DNA from: Sedimentisphaeraceae bacterium JB056
GTDB lineage: Bacteria > Planctomycetota > Phycisphaerae > Sedimentisphaerales > Sedimentisphaeraceae
Assembly (NCBI GenBank): GCA_044440125.1
Contig: JBITAJ010000003.1
Span: 32,001-96,000, forward strand
Reading direction: 5' to 3'
Length of the DNA: 64,000 nt
Shown: piece after piece, positions 49,508-59,086 of the stretch
Layout: each line of letters opens with the position of its first letter
Numbering within the stretch: the first letter of the stretch is position 1
The notes under the pieces: generated by a model
Seen by the model: the letters and a program-made list of their open reading frames with translations, nothing else
Database searches by the model: none
Told to the model about the DNA's origin: nothing
Made by a program: the position numbers and the translations under genes

Positions 49508-50314
49508 ATGTCGAATAATATAAAAAATACAGAAGCTTTTACTCTGATAGAATTACTGATCGTAATCTCTGTCATAGCATTGCTGATATCGATTATAATA
49601 CCAGCTCTGGGCAGAGCGAAGGCCACAGCGAAAAAACTGCAATGTGCTGACAATATTCGCCAAATACGTATCGCAATGGACCTTTACTCCCATGATTATG
49701 ACAACTGTATAATAACTGCCCGGGAGATGCTTTTCGCCCATTCAATTGAAGAAGTCAAGGGTTTATGGCATGTAATACTGACTCCCTACATTGATCATTC
49801 TGAAATTAGGGACATGCTTGCCGATAAATATCCTAAACTATGGCGATGCCCTGAAGACCAAGACCCGTATCCAATGGGCTTCAGGGGATACCCTCATAAA
49901 ATCGGAATGACCAGCTATGCACTCAACGGTTACTATTCAAATACAGATAATACGGAAATACAATTCGGGCCGGCTGCAAACCTGAAATTTTCACAAATAC
50001 CAAGCCCATCAAAATGCATGCTGATGGCAGAGACAAGTTATTGCGGCCAGATATATGACGCAAAACATCCAAATACCTTAGACCCAAATATAAGACTTGA
50101 TGGACACCACCGCATGACAAGCGGATTCTATCATAACAGTGCAATGAATCTGCTTTTTGTGGATGGACATATAGAATCTTTCAAAGGAATTGATTGCGAA
50201 ATAGATGAGTCAATGATACCATGGCCATACAAAAATGGCGGGTTTATGTTTTGGCCGGACAAACGTCTGAAAACAGCAACTGAAGACCCCATATTTTGGG
50301 GACCAGGATATTGA
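49508..50314 (+). CDS. Prepilin-type N-terminal methylation / H-X9-DG domain protein (DUF1559-like)
   Basis: A|FTLIELLIVISVIALLISIIIPAL, CP.D, SYALN, HNSAMNLLFVDGH. Confidence 0.92.
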   Translation: MSNNIKNTEAFTLIELLIVISVIALLISIIIPALGRAKATAKKLQCADNIRQIRIAMDLYSHDYDNCIITAREMLFAHSIEEVKGLWHVILTPYIDHSEIRDMLADKYPKLWRCPEDQDPYPMGFRGYPHKIGMTSYALNGYYSNTDNTEIQFGPAANLKFSQIPSPSKCMLMAETSYCGQIYDAKHPNTLDPNIRLDGHHRMTSGFYHNSAMNLLFVDGHIESFKGIDCEIDESMIPWPYKNGGFMFWPDKRLKTATEDPIFWGPGY

Positions 50315-50403
50315 TACAGACTCAATCCTGCTACAATTTAAAACGTCATGCAAACAAGCAAAACATATTATATTTATTGCACAATATTACTTAAGTCTCA
50401 GTT

Positions 50404-52254
50404 TTAATCAAGAGAAGCAAAATCCAGACCTATCTTCGTGCCGTATTGCAGCACATTATCCAATCTTTCAGGAGACGTATGGTGGTATTTTGACTCTACT
50501 TCAATATTATGACCTAAAAGAATAACAGACTTATTCTCTTTTACGGCCTTATCGAGAAGCGTATATATATCCTCTTCAGTAATATCTTTCTTGTTTGAGT
50601 CAATGCCGGTAGCATAAAAACTGCCGCCATCTTCTATATCTTCAGGCTCATAGAAAATCATATCAGCTTTGCTGTAAGGCACACCGCTTCTAAGATACTT
50701 AAAATGCTCCAGCAGCATCCTATCGGTATTTTCATCGTTCTGACTGTTAGGATAAGCAAAGCATGCAGGATAAAAGCCATCCTTATTCATCATATCTATC
50801 GCCGGTTTAACGTCATCAAGGAAGTATTTTTCAAGCGAATACTGCCTTGAGTAATCAACCGCCTTCTCATGACGCAGACTATGGCATGCTATTGCATGTC
50901 CGGCTGCCTTGAGCTTTTTGAGGCCAGCAATTTGCTCGGAAGTATATTTATCATAATCAGTTACGCAGAACGTTGCTTTTGCTCCGTACTTTTCAAATAT
51001 AGGCATAGCTTCAATCCACTGCTTGACAAAAAAATCGTCAAACGTCAAATAAACCGTCGGTCGTGCTCCTGTCTTAATTTTCGCAATAAAGATAGAATTA
51101 TCACTGCCGTATTTACGGCAATGCTCTATGCCCGGCTTTCCGAAGCCAACATTATCATTCTGCATCCATTCGGCAACCGTCACCCATGACTCAGTATCAC
51201 TTATAGGTGTAATACCGAAATTACCCAGTCTTGCCCCCCTGTTAGGCACTACGATCTGCTCTGTATCTCTGATAACACATAACTTCTCTGTATCAACCTT
51301 AGCGATAAACAGCGGAGCCCTGTTTCTAAAAACATTATCATTATCCGATGTTTTTCTGGTATAAACAAGATACAGCCCATCCTTATGGCTTATCCAGTGC
51401 TGCTGGGTATTATAGTTCCCTAAAGGCTGGCCATCATCAAACTTCCAGTCAACAGGTTCACTGTAATTGAGCCCATCATTACTAACCGCAACATACCCCT
51501 TAATATCATTACGCAAAGTTAGGTAATACTTCCCCTCGTAGTAGGTTACTGAAGGTTCATAAAAGCCCCGCGGAACATCATGCTTAAGAGTATTACCACT
51601 CTTTATATATCTCAACTCATTGCCGTTAAATTCACACAACAATACTGTTACAGAATAAGGTCTGGCAGGATCGTAAACCTTATTTCTGTGATAGACAGGC
51701 ACTAATATCCTACCGTCAGGTAGATCATAACGTTGATTGCCTGCCCAACAGAGGGTATAAAAATCTTTACGTTCGGGCAAGTCAAGTTTTTCACATTTTC
51801 CCCACACTTTCTTTTCGTCATCAAAGACTGAATAAATTATATCTGACGGTCGCGGCTCAGGCTTGACATGATTACCCTGATAGAGAACTGTTGCACCTAC
51901 ACCAAGCAGCCTGCCGCTTTTTTCATGGTATTTAGGGACAATGTGATAACTAATATCAAGTTTGTCACTATATGCTTTTCTTCTGAGATTATCGGAAAGT
52001 ACTTCGGGAGCAGTCCAGGTTTTGCCGCCATCAGAACTTCGCATCTCATGAATATCAAAGAAAACATCCGAGGCGGTCAGTAAAAGCTTATTTACGGTAA
52101 TAAGGCAGTCACCATTTGGTGCTTTTGCCATACTGGGAGCAACAAAACAATAATCTCCTTCCATGCCGCTGCTTATAACTGTCGTTTCTACATTAATCGC
52201 CGCTATGCATGAGGCACTGATCATCAATAATAATGTACTTATCATTTTTTTCAT
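50404..52254 (-). CDS. BNR/sialidase-like beta-propeller fused to a NodB (CE4-like) polysaccharide deacetylase
   Basis: Start ATG 52254 with signal peptide; Asp-boxes SSDGGKTW and SNDGLNY; then LTFDD, HSLRH, FAYP, LLGH. Confidence 0.82.
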   Translation of the reverse strand: MKKMISTLLLMISASCIAAINVETTVISSGMEGDYCFVAPSMAKAPNGDCLITVNKLLLTASDVFFDIHEMRSSDGGKTWTAPEVLSDNLRRKAYSDKLDISYHIVPKYHEKSGRLLGVGATVLYQGNHVKPEPRPSDIIYSVFDDEKKVWGKCEKLDLPERKDFYTLCWAGNQRYDLPDGRILVPVYHRNKVYDPARPYSVTVLLCEFNGNELRYIKSGNTLKHDVPRGFYEPSVTYYEGKYYLTLRNDIKGYVAVSNDGLNYSEPVDWKFDDGQPLGNYNTQQHWISHKDGLYLVYTRKTSDNDNVFRNRAPLFIAKVDTEKLCVIRDTEQIVVPNRGARLGNFGITPISDTESWVTVAEWMQNDNVGFGKPGIEHCRKYGSDNSIFIAKIKTGARPTVYLTFDDFFVKQWIEAMPIFEKYGAKATFCVTDYDKYTSEQIAGLKKLKAAGHAIACHSLRHEKAVDYSRQYSLEKYFLDDVKPAIDMMNKDGFYPACFAYPNSQNDENTDRMLLEHFKYLRSGVPYSKADMIFYEPEDIEDGGSFYATGIDSNKKDITEEDIYTLLDKAVKENKSVILLGHNIEVESKYHHTSPERLDNVLQYGTKIGLDFASLD

Positions 52255-52258
52255 AATA

Positions 52259-54442
52259 TCACTTTCCAATAGCTGAGACAACCATAAGTATTGCCAGAAC
52301 AACAAAGGCAAGAACTGTATACATAACAACACCCTTAATGTCTGTTTTATCAAACTTCTCGAATTCCCAGTCAGTATTGGGGAACATCTTTTTATAATCG
52401 AATCTTGAAGGATTTTCGTAGGAAAGAGCAACTTCCTTTTCATCATTTTCTTTGTCATCAAAAACAGGCGTTTTCAATCTCGCATAGAATCTGTCAAGTA
52501 CATCCTTATCCTCCGGCTTTGTAAGTTTTGAAACTATAAACAACACAAGGAATGGGAATAGTATCCTGATTATATAACGAATCGTTTCATTTAATGCATA
52601 AGGGTTCTTAGTCAGGTCAAATCCAAGTTTGTCCAAGATAATAAGCTCCACATTCACCATACCCTTGCCATAAGTATTGCCCTCTTCATCCATACCTAAA
52701 TCCTGCGTCCAGAAAACAGCCCTCGCAGGAACTATATATTCTTTATCGAACCGCTGGCCTACGTCCAGCATTTCCGGCTTTGCAACATCTGCCTTACCGG
52801 CTGCTGCAAGTTCTTCCCAAGTCGCAATAGCTTCTTCACGCTGCTCAACGTCAACTTCTCTGGCGACATAGCTGCGGCTGACAACCTTCTGCTCTGTTGT
52901 CTTACACATGTATTCACTGGTTTTCACTGAAGGTATCTGAGAAAGTATTGATGGGAGAATACCAAACAGAAAGAGCGTAATAAGCATTGATGCCCATGCC
53001 CCCTGATGATTGGCTCTACGCCACTTCATACCAAGCCAGAAGCTTGCCGCAAGCACTACATTGAACTCCCAAAGCATCTTCATCATATAAAAGAAGCTGT
53101 CAAAAAGATATATCATTCCAACTGCGCCTGCTATAAACAGAACACCGAAGAGACGTCCCGCCCAAATATAATGAGCCTGACTCTTGCCCTTTACTAAGAG
53201 AACGTAGAGATTGTTGGTTAAAAGACTTGAAACAGTAAGCATAAGACAATCAGCAGTACTCATAAGTGCTGCCATCAGACATGCGATCATAAGTCCAAGT
53301 AAGCCTAAATTAAGCGGCCCAAGAAGCTCCCGACAAGCCATACCCCAGATATAGTCAGGATCAACAGCCCTGTTGGCAAACAAGACTATTAAAATCAACC
53401 CTGTAACACCCCATATTATACAGACCACTCGCTTTATATATATACCGGCACAGAAACCAGCTCTTGCGGTATATTCATCTTTAGCCGAACCGCAGGCAAC
53501 AAGCTGATTGGGTTGAACAGCGACATTAAGAAACATCATTACGGCACTTGCCGCGATAAAATACCATGTAAAATCCAGCATTGCCGGTGAACCCCATAAA
53601 TCAAAGCTTGCCTGAGGAAGCTGAGACTTTGCCGCTTCTATTACACCAGTAATACCACTGCCGCCAAATACTTCATTAACCCGTATAAAGGCAAAAGGAA
53701 TAAGCAGAAGAGACAATATTATTATGCAAAATCCTTGAACTGTATCTGTAAGAAAAGCTGCTTCAAGACCTCCCATAACAGCATACAACAAGACTATTAC
53801 CGCTACAATTATTATCAGCAGATCCTCATTTATATAGGAATACATTATGCGAGGCTTCTCAAGACGAAGCTGTTCCATCCTTGCAATCTCGCTCTGACTT
53901 AACATTTTAACATCAGTCTTTTCGAGATTTTGGAGCTCTACCGCTTCATCGTATTCAAACCTCTCTTCTGCTGTAAGCTGATCTATAGGTTTTACAACTA
54001 TGGCAGATACCGTTTTACTAAGAGCAATAAAGCTGACCGAACAAACCAACATAAAAAACAATGAACACATAACTGCATAGAAAGCAGGCATCTTCTTTGA
54101 TTGATATCTTTCGGCAAAGAAATCGCCAAGTGTTAATGTACGCAATCTTCTATACCAAATACACGTTATCCAGTAAAAAGGTATGGTAAGGGATTGGGTA
54201 AATAAGCTCGAGAGCGAAGACATACCATTTCGATAAAGCATAACCGTTGTACCAACAGCACTGTCGGAAGATGTAGCCTGACCAAATGCTGCAAATGCCT
54301 GAACAAACTTACCGAAACGCCGGCCGCCAAGAAAATAGTCCTCTTCACTTTTTATGCGACGACTGGCCCAAACACCAATACCCAGAACAACTACAAAATA
54401 GCCAATAACAGTAATTATATCAATCAAATGTAATCCAAACAT
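52259..54442 (-). CDS. Sodium:solute symporter with large extramembrane inserts
   Basis: DYFLGGRRFG, GGLEAAFLTD, AALMST; multiple TM helices. Confidence 0.9.
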   Translation of the reverse strand: MFGLHLIDIITVIGYFVVVLGIGVWASRRIKSEEDYFLGGRRFGKFVQAFAAFGQATSSDSAVGTTVMLYRNGMSSLSSLFTQSLTIPFYWITCIWYRRLRTLTLGDFFAERYQSKKMPAFYAVMCSLFFMLVCSVSFIALSKTVSAIVVKPIDQLTAEERFEYDEAVELQNLEKTDVKMLSQSEIARMEQLRLEKPRIMYSYINEDLLIIIVAVIVLLYAVMGGLEAAFLTDTVQGFCIIILSLLLIPFAFIRVNEVFGGSGITGVIEAAKSQLPQASFDLWGSPAMLDFTWYFIAASAVMMFLNVAVQPNQLVACGSAKDEYTARAGFCAGIYIKRVVCIIWGVTGLILIVLFANRAVDPDYIWGMACRELLGPLNLGLLGLMIACLMAALMSTADCLMLTVSSLLTNNLYVLLVKGKSQAHYIWAGRLFGVLFIAGAVGMIYLFDSFFYMMKMLWEFNVVLAASFWLGMKWRRANHQGAWASMLITLFLFGILPSILSQIPSVKTSEYMCKTTEQKVVSRSYVAREVDVEQREEAIATWEELAAAGKADVAKPEMLDVGQRFDKEYIVPARAVFWTQDLGMDEEGNTYGKGMVNVELIILDKLGFDLTKNPYALNETIRYIIRILFPFLVLFIVSKLTKPEDKDVLDRFYARLKTPVFDDKENDEKEVALSYENPSRFDYKKMFPNTDWEFEKFDKTDIKGVVMYTVLAFVVLAILMVVSAIGK

Positions 54443-54451
54443 TAAATACTC

Positions 54452-56065
54452 CTAAGAAGTTGCAATATTAACAAGATGGTTATCAATCATATCCAATATC
54501 CCCTCTGCATAAGGCTCATGAGGCATATGCCAATAACAGCCTTTATAAAGTGAAGATGAATACCTATTTTCCGAAAGACTAAGATAGTCTCGCCACAGTT
54601 CAATACATCGCCCCTCTTCTTTATAAATGATAAAGCGCCAAGCTTCCTCAATAAACCGAAACAGCTTCAACCCGTATTCTGCTGATGCATAAACATAATT
54701 ATACGTCTCAGAATCAGTAAAACTTATTGAATCAAGCTCCTTTAATGCCTGTTCCCATAGCTCCACAGACCTGCGTTTTTCATCCAACGCTTCTTCTAAA
54801 AGATTGTTTTCAAAAAGATACCGCAATACAGGCCCAAGCTGATTTATTCCGCCAAGCCTATCATCACGTGTCCAGTTATTTGTTGGTATAATGTTCAATG
54901 GACGATTCTTGTCAAACGCGCTGCAGTAGTGTCCTTTAAGCATCGCTTCATCACATAATTCAACAAACTTGCGGAAGCGTGCAGTATTATCAGCATCAAG
55001 ACCAAGATATGTCTGGCAATATTCATTGAAAATATCCAATTCTTCTCTTGATGTATCCTTGAACCAGCTAACAATAACATAAGCATTGAGCTTAGGCCAG
55101 AACTCATTCTTGATATAAGGACCATACCAGCCTCCGCCACGAGACCAACCGTAAAGCCCCTTTACTCGACTATCCTGAACAATATCCTTAAGCCCAACTT
55201 TTTGCTTTGTTTCAGGAAAACCATTTATGACTTTACCCATCACATACGAAGGATAAGCTCCTTTGCCCTCATACTCGCGCTGACACTGAACCTCGATTAT
55301 CTGATTATGCCTGCCCTTAGCAAGAGTTGGATTAATCTCTACATATCTCCAGAAATCAAGCTGAGTATGCTTGATCGAAAACAAAAGATTATCGTGTGGT
55401 TCAATATTATCAGTCACATCAAGATAATACTTCAAATCCGCATGGAAACGGTCTGGGAAGCAATCCCATGTCCTGAAAAACACCTTTCTGTCATGCTTAA
55501 CACAAACTTCCTCACGAAGGAATTTCAGAAGCTTTACAAACTGCTCTTTCTCTTCTTCAGAGGGCAAAGAATCATACTTCACAGCTCCATTGCCGCAATG
55601 ATAAGGAGTATCATAAAGATAAGTTTCACCAACACGGATAATAAAACCGTCTATCTCAGGAAAACGGCTGACAATCTCATCAAACATCACACGATGGATC
55701 TCAAGTGTAAGCTCTTTATCTAAAGACACTCTGCCTTGCCGGTCACAAATTCGAGAAGAACATTTTTCCACAAGTAATTTAGGAAGTACAAATAAGTCTA
55801 TATGATAATAGACGTCAAGACCACTCGCCTTGGCATGACGGATTTCTGCTCTGCGTTTAGCGGTGAAATCATCAAGCCATAAGCGTTGCTTTGAACCGGC
55901 AGGCCACAAATCAAGCCCAAGCTCATCAAAAGCCGTAACACAATTGATGTGCTTGAATACCTGTGAATTATAACCATAATCAGAAAGGTTACGGGAATCA
56001 CAGAAAGAAGAGACAAACTCTTGCTCACCTGGATTATGGTGCACCATATCAAAAAGAAAATCCAT
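54452..56065 (-). CDS. Hypothetical protein, possible TIM-barrel glycoside hydrolase
   Basis: Long ORF inside the operon; IDGFIIRVGE, FRTWD, DFWR and EVQCQREYEGKG loosely resemble GH67/GH115-like barrels. Confidence 0.5.
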   Translation of the reverse strand: MDFLFDMVHHNPGEQEFVSSFCDSRNLSDYGYNSQVFKHINCVTAFDELGLDLWPAGSKQRLWLDDFTAKRRAEIRHAKASGLDVYYHIDLFVLPKLLVEKCSSRICDRQGRVSLDKELTLEIHRVMFDEIVSRFPEIDGFIIRVGETYLYDTPYHCGNGAVKYDSLPSEEEKEQFVKLLKFLREEVCVKHDRKVFFRTWDCFPDRFHADLKYYLDVTDNIEPHDNLLFSIKHTQLDFWRYVEINPTLAKGRHNQIIEVQCQREYEGKGAYPSYVMGKVINGFPETKQKVGLKDIVQDSRVKGLYGWSRGGGWYGPYIKNEFWPKLNAYVIVSWFKDTSREELDIFNEYCQTYLGLDADNTARFRKFVELCDEAMLKGHYCSAFDKNRPLNIIPTNNWTRDDRLGGINQLGPVLRYLFENNLLEEALDEKRRSVELWEQALKELDSISFTDSETYNYVYASAEYGLKLFRFIEEAWRFIIYKEEGRCIELWRDYLSLSENRYSSSLYKGCYWHMPHEPYAEGILDMIDNHLVNIATS

Positions 56066-56075
56066 TTAAATTCTT

Positions 56076-58874
56076 TCAGCAAATAATTTCATAGCTTACT
56101 ATTTTACGAGAACCAATACAGATTTCAATTTCTGATTTATTCTTTAATTTCAGACCAGAAACTCTTGTCTCATCAAGACGTGTCAGAAAAGCTTCTTTTA
56201 TATCAAAACCAAGCCTGAGGCTTGTTTTAATCGTTTCATCAGTAGGATTGTACATCCTTACAACAATACCGTCAGTATTTTCTGCCTTCTTGATACAACT
56301 TAGAACCAATTGTCCTGACGCTATTTCAAAGAAGCTCTTCTCTAAAGGAAGAGTTCCCGATTGTTTTGATATCTGCGATATCCTAAGAGGCACATTAAAA
56401 GCCAAAGACTCTTTATATGCGCCCGCATTTTGCCAATCACCCTCATGCACAAATATACCATAACGAGTTGTATGTTTTCTAAGCGACTGCGTACTGCCAT
56501 CATCAGGATATTCAAGCCAGAACCGATTATCACAAGGTATCTTAAGCTCAACACCTCTTACAATACTTTGAGCAATCAGCCCTGTATTGTGGTTCAGTAT
56601 TTCATAATCTCTCAAAGAATCATTAAGAATAGTCAAACCATCAGTATCGTCATTAATACTCATAAACAAATGCTGCTGATGTCGCCGAAGCTCAGAGCCC
56701 TGCCATTTACCGTCACGGGAGGCAGCAGTTTTATGTTTCTCCGTATTGAATACCTCTGTCGAATAAGTGATATCAGATTTTATACCAGATTCAAAGCAGA
56801 CTCGTAGAAAATGATCCTTAACCTTATTATCAACAGTTGTCTCAATCTCAACAACAGGGCTGTCTTTCTTTATAGTAACTATCGACTTGATGGGAACCAC
56901 TGTTTCTTCGCTACTTCTCCTGTTCTTTGCCTGATCAAAATATTTCGGCAGCAACATCTCTGTCGCAATCTCAAATACAGCAAGCAAGTCGGTATTAATA
57001 GTAATCGCAATACTCGCAGGCTTACCAAGCGTCGTTATCACCTTATCAATTTTAGGCGGATAGCATCTCTGCTGATTACCATTCTGCCCCTCATCTAAGA
57101 AGTAATTAAGTTTTTTGTACTGTTTACCCGTCTTTTTATTAAGTATTTCAAGCGTCCCATCAGAAGCAATATAGAGTTTAAAATACTCATTCTCCGCATT
57201 TCTCGAATCGGAAGCTATAGGAGAATGAGGAATATTAACCTTATCAAATCCTTCATGCGGATACGGATACATAGCCTGCTCTTTATAATTTATCTTAACA
57301 GTCTTATATCCTACTGCCGGTATATCTTTAACATTCAGCAGTAAATGATATCTGTTCACATATATAGGCATATTCCTGCTTCTGGGATGATACAATCCGG
57401 CAGTCTTAGTAACTCTTTCAAGTTCATAGCAATCGATCTCTGTCCCAGATGAATCTGTGAACACAAGATTCTCAACATTCCAATCTCGCGGTATATCAAT
57501 ATACGCCTCTACAACATCACTGCGGCTAAAAGAGCTTGGATTATAAACAATAAGGAAAAGCTCTGAATCATCACAACCTGAAGTATCTATTTTTGCGGTA
57601 AGCTTCTGGATTGAATCAGTCGCCAAATTTCCAGCTATAATCTTTGCCTGAAGCAACCTATGCTCTACACCCGCACTTAATGTCCATGGGCCAACTCCCT
57701 GTATTGAATCATGAGCGTGAGACTTGAACATCAAATTCAACGCCTTTTCAATATACGTATTGGGATATTGGTATCCAAGCATCCATGCCGCCGCTGCAAA
57801 AGGTTCAGCCTGACGGAACAGCATATTTTCTGCCTCACTGTTTATTTTCTGAAGTTCTGGATGTACAGAAAGCACATCTGTATGAATAGAACCGGCCGGG
57901 CCATCTTTCATATGCCCCGTAATTGTATCTATATCCCTGTCTTTTAGTAAAGGCTTTATTGCTTTTATGTAGTCTTCAAGAGTTGAATGGACTATTTCAT
58001 ATTCATCACCAAAGATTTCTCTGGCATGTTCAAGTATTGAAGGCGTATCAGGATGCGGCTCGGTAAAATCTGTACCATCAAAAAATAGTAAATGCTCAGG
58101 CACAGCAGTATCTTTTAATGTTGCAAGCGTACGCTCAAAACCATGTTTAATATTTCCCTCATGGTAACTGGTCTGCGGCTCAGTTATAAAATGGAAATCA
58201 GAGTAATTATCAGGCTCACAAAAATGAAAGCTCTTACCCATCTCGCCAAACTTGTACTGCCAATCCTTATCCCATGGATCACGGTCATAAACAATCGGAA
58301 TGTGTCCCGCAAAGAAGAAATTCCAGCGTGCTTCACGACCAAGACGAGTAGCCAGGGCTTTTGTTCCATCAGGACCCTGCCAGATAAACTCATCATATCG
58401 GCTTCGACTTCTATCCATATGTTTATAAAAAATAATGGTGTCAATACCAAAACCGGCATAAACCTGAGGCAATTGGGATATTTGTCCAAAAGAAAAGACA
58501 TTATACCCTACTTCCATCGCCCCGCCGAAATCTCTTGATTTCTTCAGCCCCGTCATGAGATTTCGAATCAAAGATTCTCCGTTAACAGAAGAGCTGTCAG
58601 CAAGAGTATACCATGGACCTATTTGGAGCCTGCCATTCTTAACAAGGTCTTTAATCTCCTCTGTTCGCTCCGGTCTTATCTCAAGATAATCTTCAACAAG
58701 AATAAACTGCCCATCCGGCATAAAATACTTGAATTCCGCATTATTCCGCATTATTTCAAGTAGATTATCCCACAACCGAACCAGCCACATGCGGGTAGTC
58801 TCAAAATCAAACCGGAATTCCCTGTCCCAATGAGTATAGGTAACTATATGAATCTTCTTTTTTGCTGTTTTCAT
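56076..58874 (-). CDS. GH38 alpha-mannosidase/MngB-like protein (atypical active site)
   Basis: THWDRE, DGQ..LVEDY, GPWY, GESLIRNL, SFGQ..QLPQ, HAHDSI; alternative TTG start 58889. Confidence 0.85.
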   Translation of the reverse strand: MKTAKKKIHIVTYTHWDREFRFDFETTRMWLVRLWDNLLEIMRNNAEFKYFMPDGQFILVEDYLEIRPERTEEIKDLVKNGRLQIGPWYTLADSSSVNGESLIRNLMTGLKKSRDFGGAMEVGYNVFSFGQISQLPQVYAGFGIDTIIFYKHMDRSRSRYDEFIWQGPDGTKALATRLGREARWNFFFAGHIPIVYDRDPWDKDWQYKFGEMGKSFHFCEPDNYSDFHFITEPQTSYHEGNIKHGFERTLATLKDTAVPEHLLFFDGTDFTEPHPDTPSILEHAREIFGDEYEIVHSTLEDYIKAIKPLLKDRDIDTITGHMKDGPAGSIHTDVLSVHPELQKINSEAENMLFRQAEPFAAAAWMLGYQYPNTYIEKALNLMFKSHAHDSIQGVGPWTLSAGVEHRLLQAKIIAGNLATDSIQKLTAKIDTSGCDDSELFLIVYNPSSFSRSDVVEAYIDIPRDWNVENLVFTDSSGTEIDCYELERVTKTAGLYHPRSRNMPIYVNRYHLLLNVKDIPAVGYKTVKINYKEQAMYPYPHEGFDKVNIPHSPIASDSRNAENEYFKLYIASDGTLEILNKKTGKQYKKLNYFLDEGQNGNQQRCYPPKIDKVITTLGKPASIAITINTDLLAVFEIATEMLLPKYFDQAKNRRSSEETVVPIKSIVTIKKDSPVVEIETTVDNKVKDHFLRVCFESGIKSDITYSTEVFNTEKHKTAASRDGKWQGSELRRHQQHLFMSINDDTDGLTILNDSLRDYEILNHNTGLIAQSIVRGVELKIPCDNRFWLEYPDDGSTQSLRKHTTRYGIFVHEGDWQNAGAYKESLAFNVPLRISQISKQSGTLPLEKSFFEIASGQLVLSCIKKAENTDGIVVRMYNPTDETIKTSLRLGFDIKEAFLTRLDETRVSGLKLKNKSEIEICIGSRKIVSYEIIC

Positions 58875-59046
58875 TCGTTTTTCTGCCAAATCAATTTACT
58901 ATAGCTTAAGCATTAATTATAACAGAAAAGAATGCCAAAAACAATACTTATTGTAATTTTAATTATACTACTTGTATCAAAAACACAAATCAATGTATAG
59001 AAAACAAGAAATGCCACCTATTTAGCCCCCCAATAAGATAAAAAGC

Positions 59047-59075
59047 TTTACAAGTTGTATTAAATCCCTTATAAT
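59047..59075 (+). promoter_or_regulatory. Sigma70 promoter of the GntR gene with overlapping TACAAGTTGTA palindrome
   Basis: TTTACA-N17-TATAAT, 11 nt before the ATG. Confidence 0.65.
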
Positions 59076-59086
59076 ATGTACTAATC

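Noticed and set aside
52255..52461. Apparent 200-bp overlap of the sialidase-like ORF with the SSS gene
   Set aside because: Artefact of longest-ORF start choice; the signal peptide begins at ATG 52254
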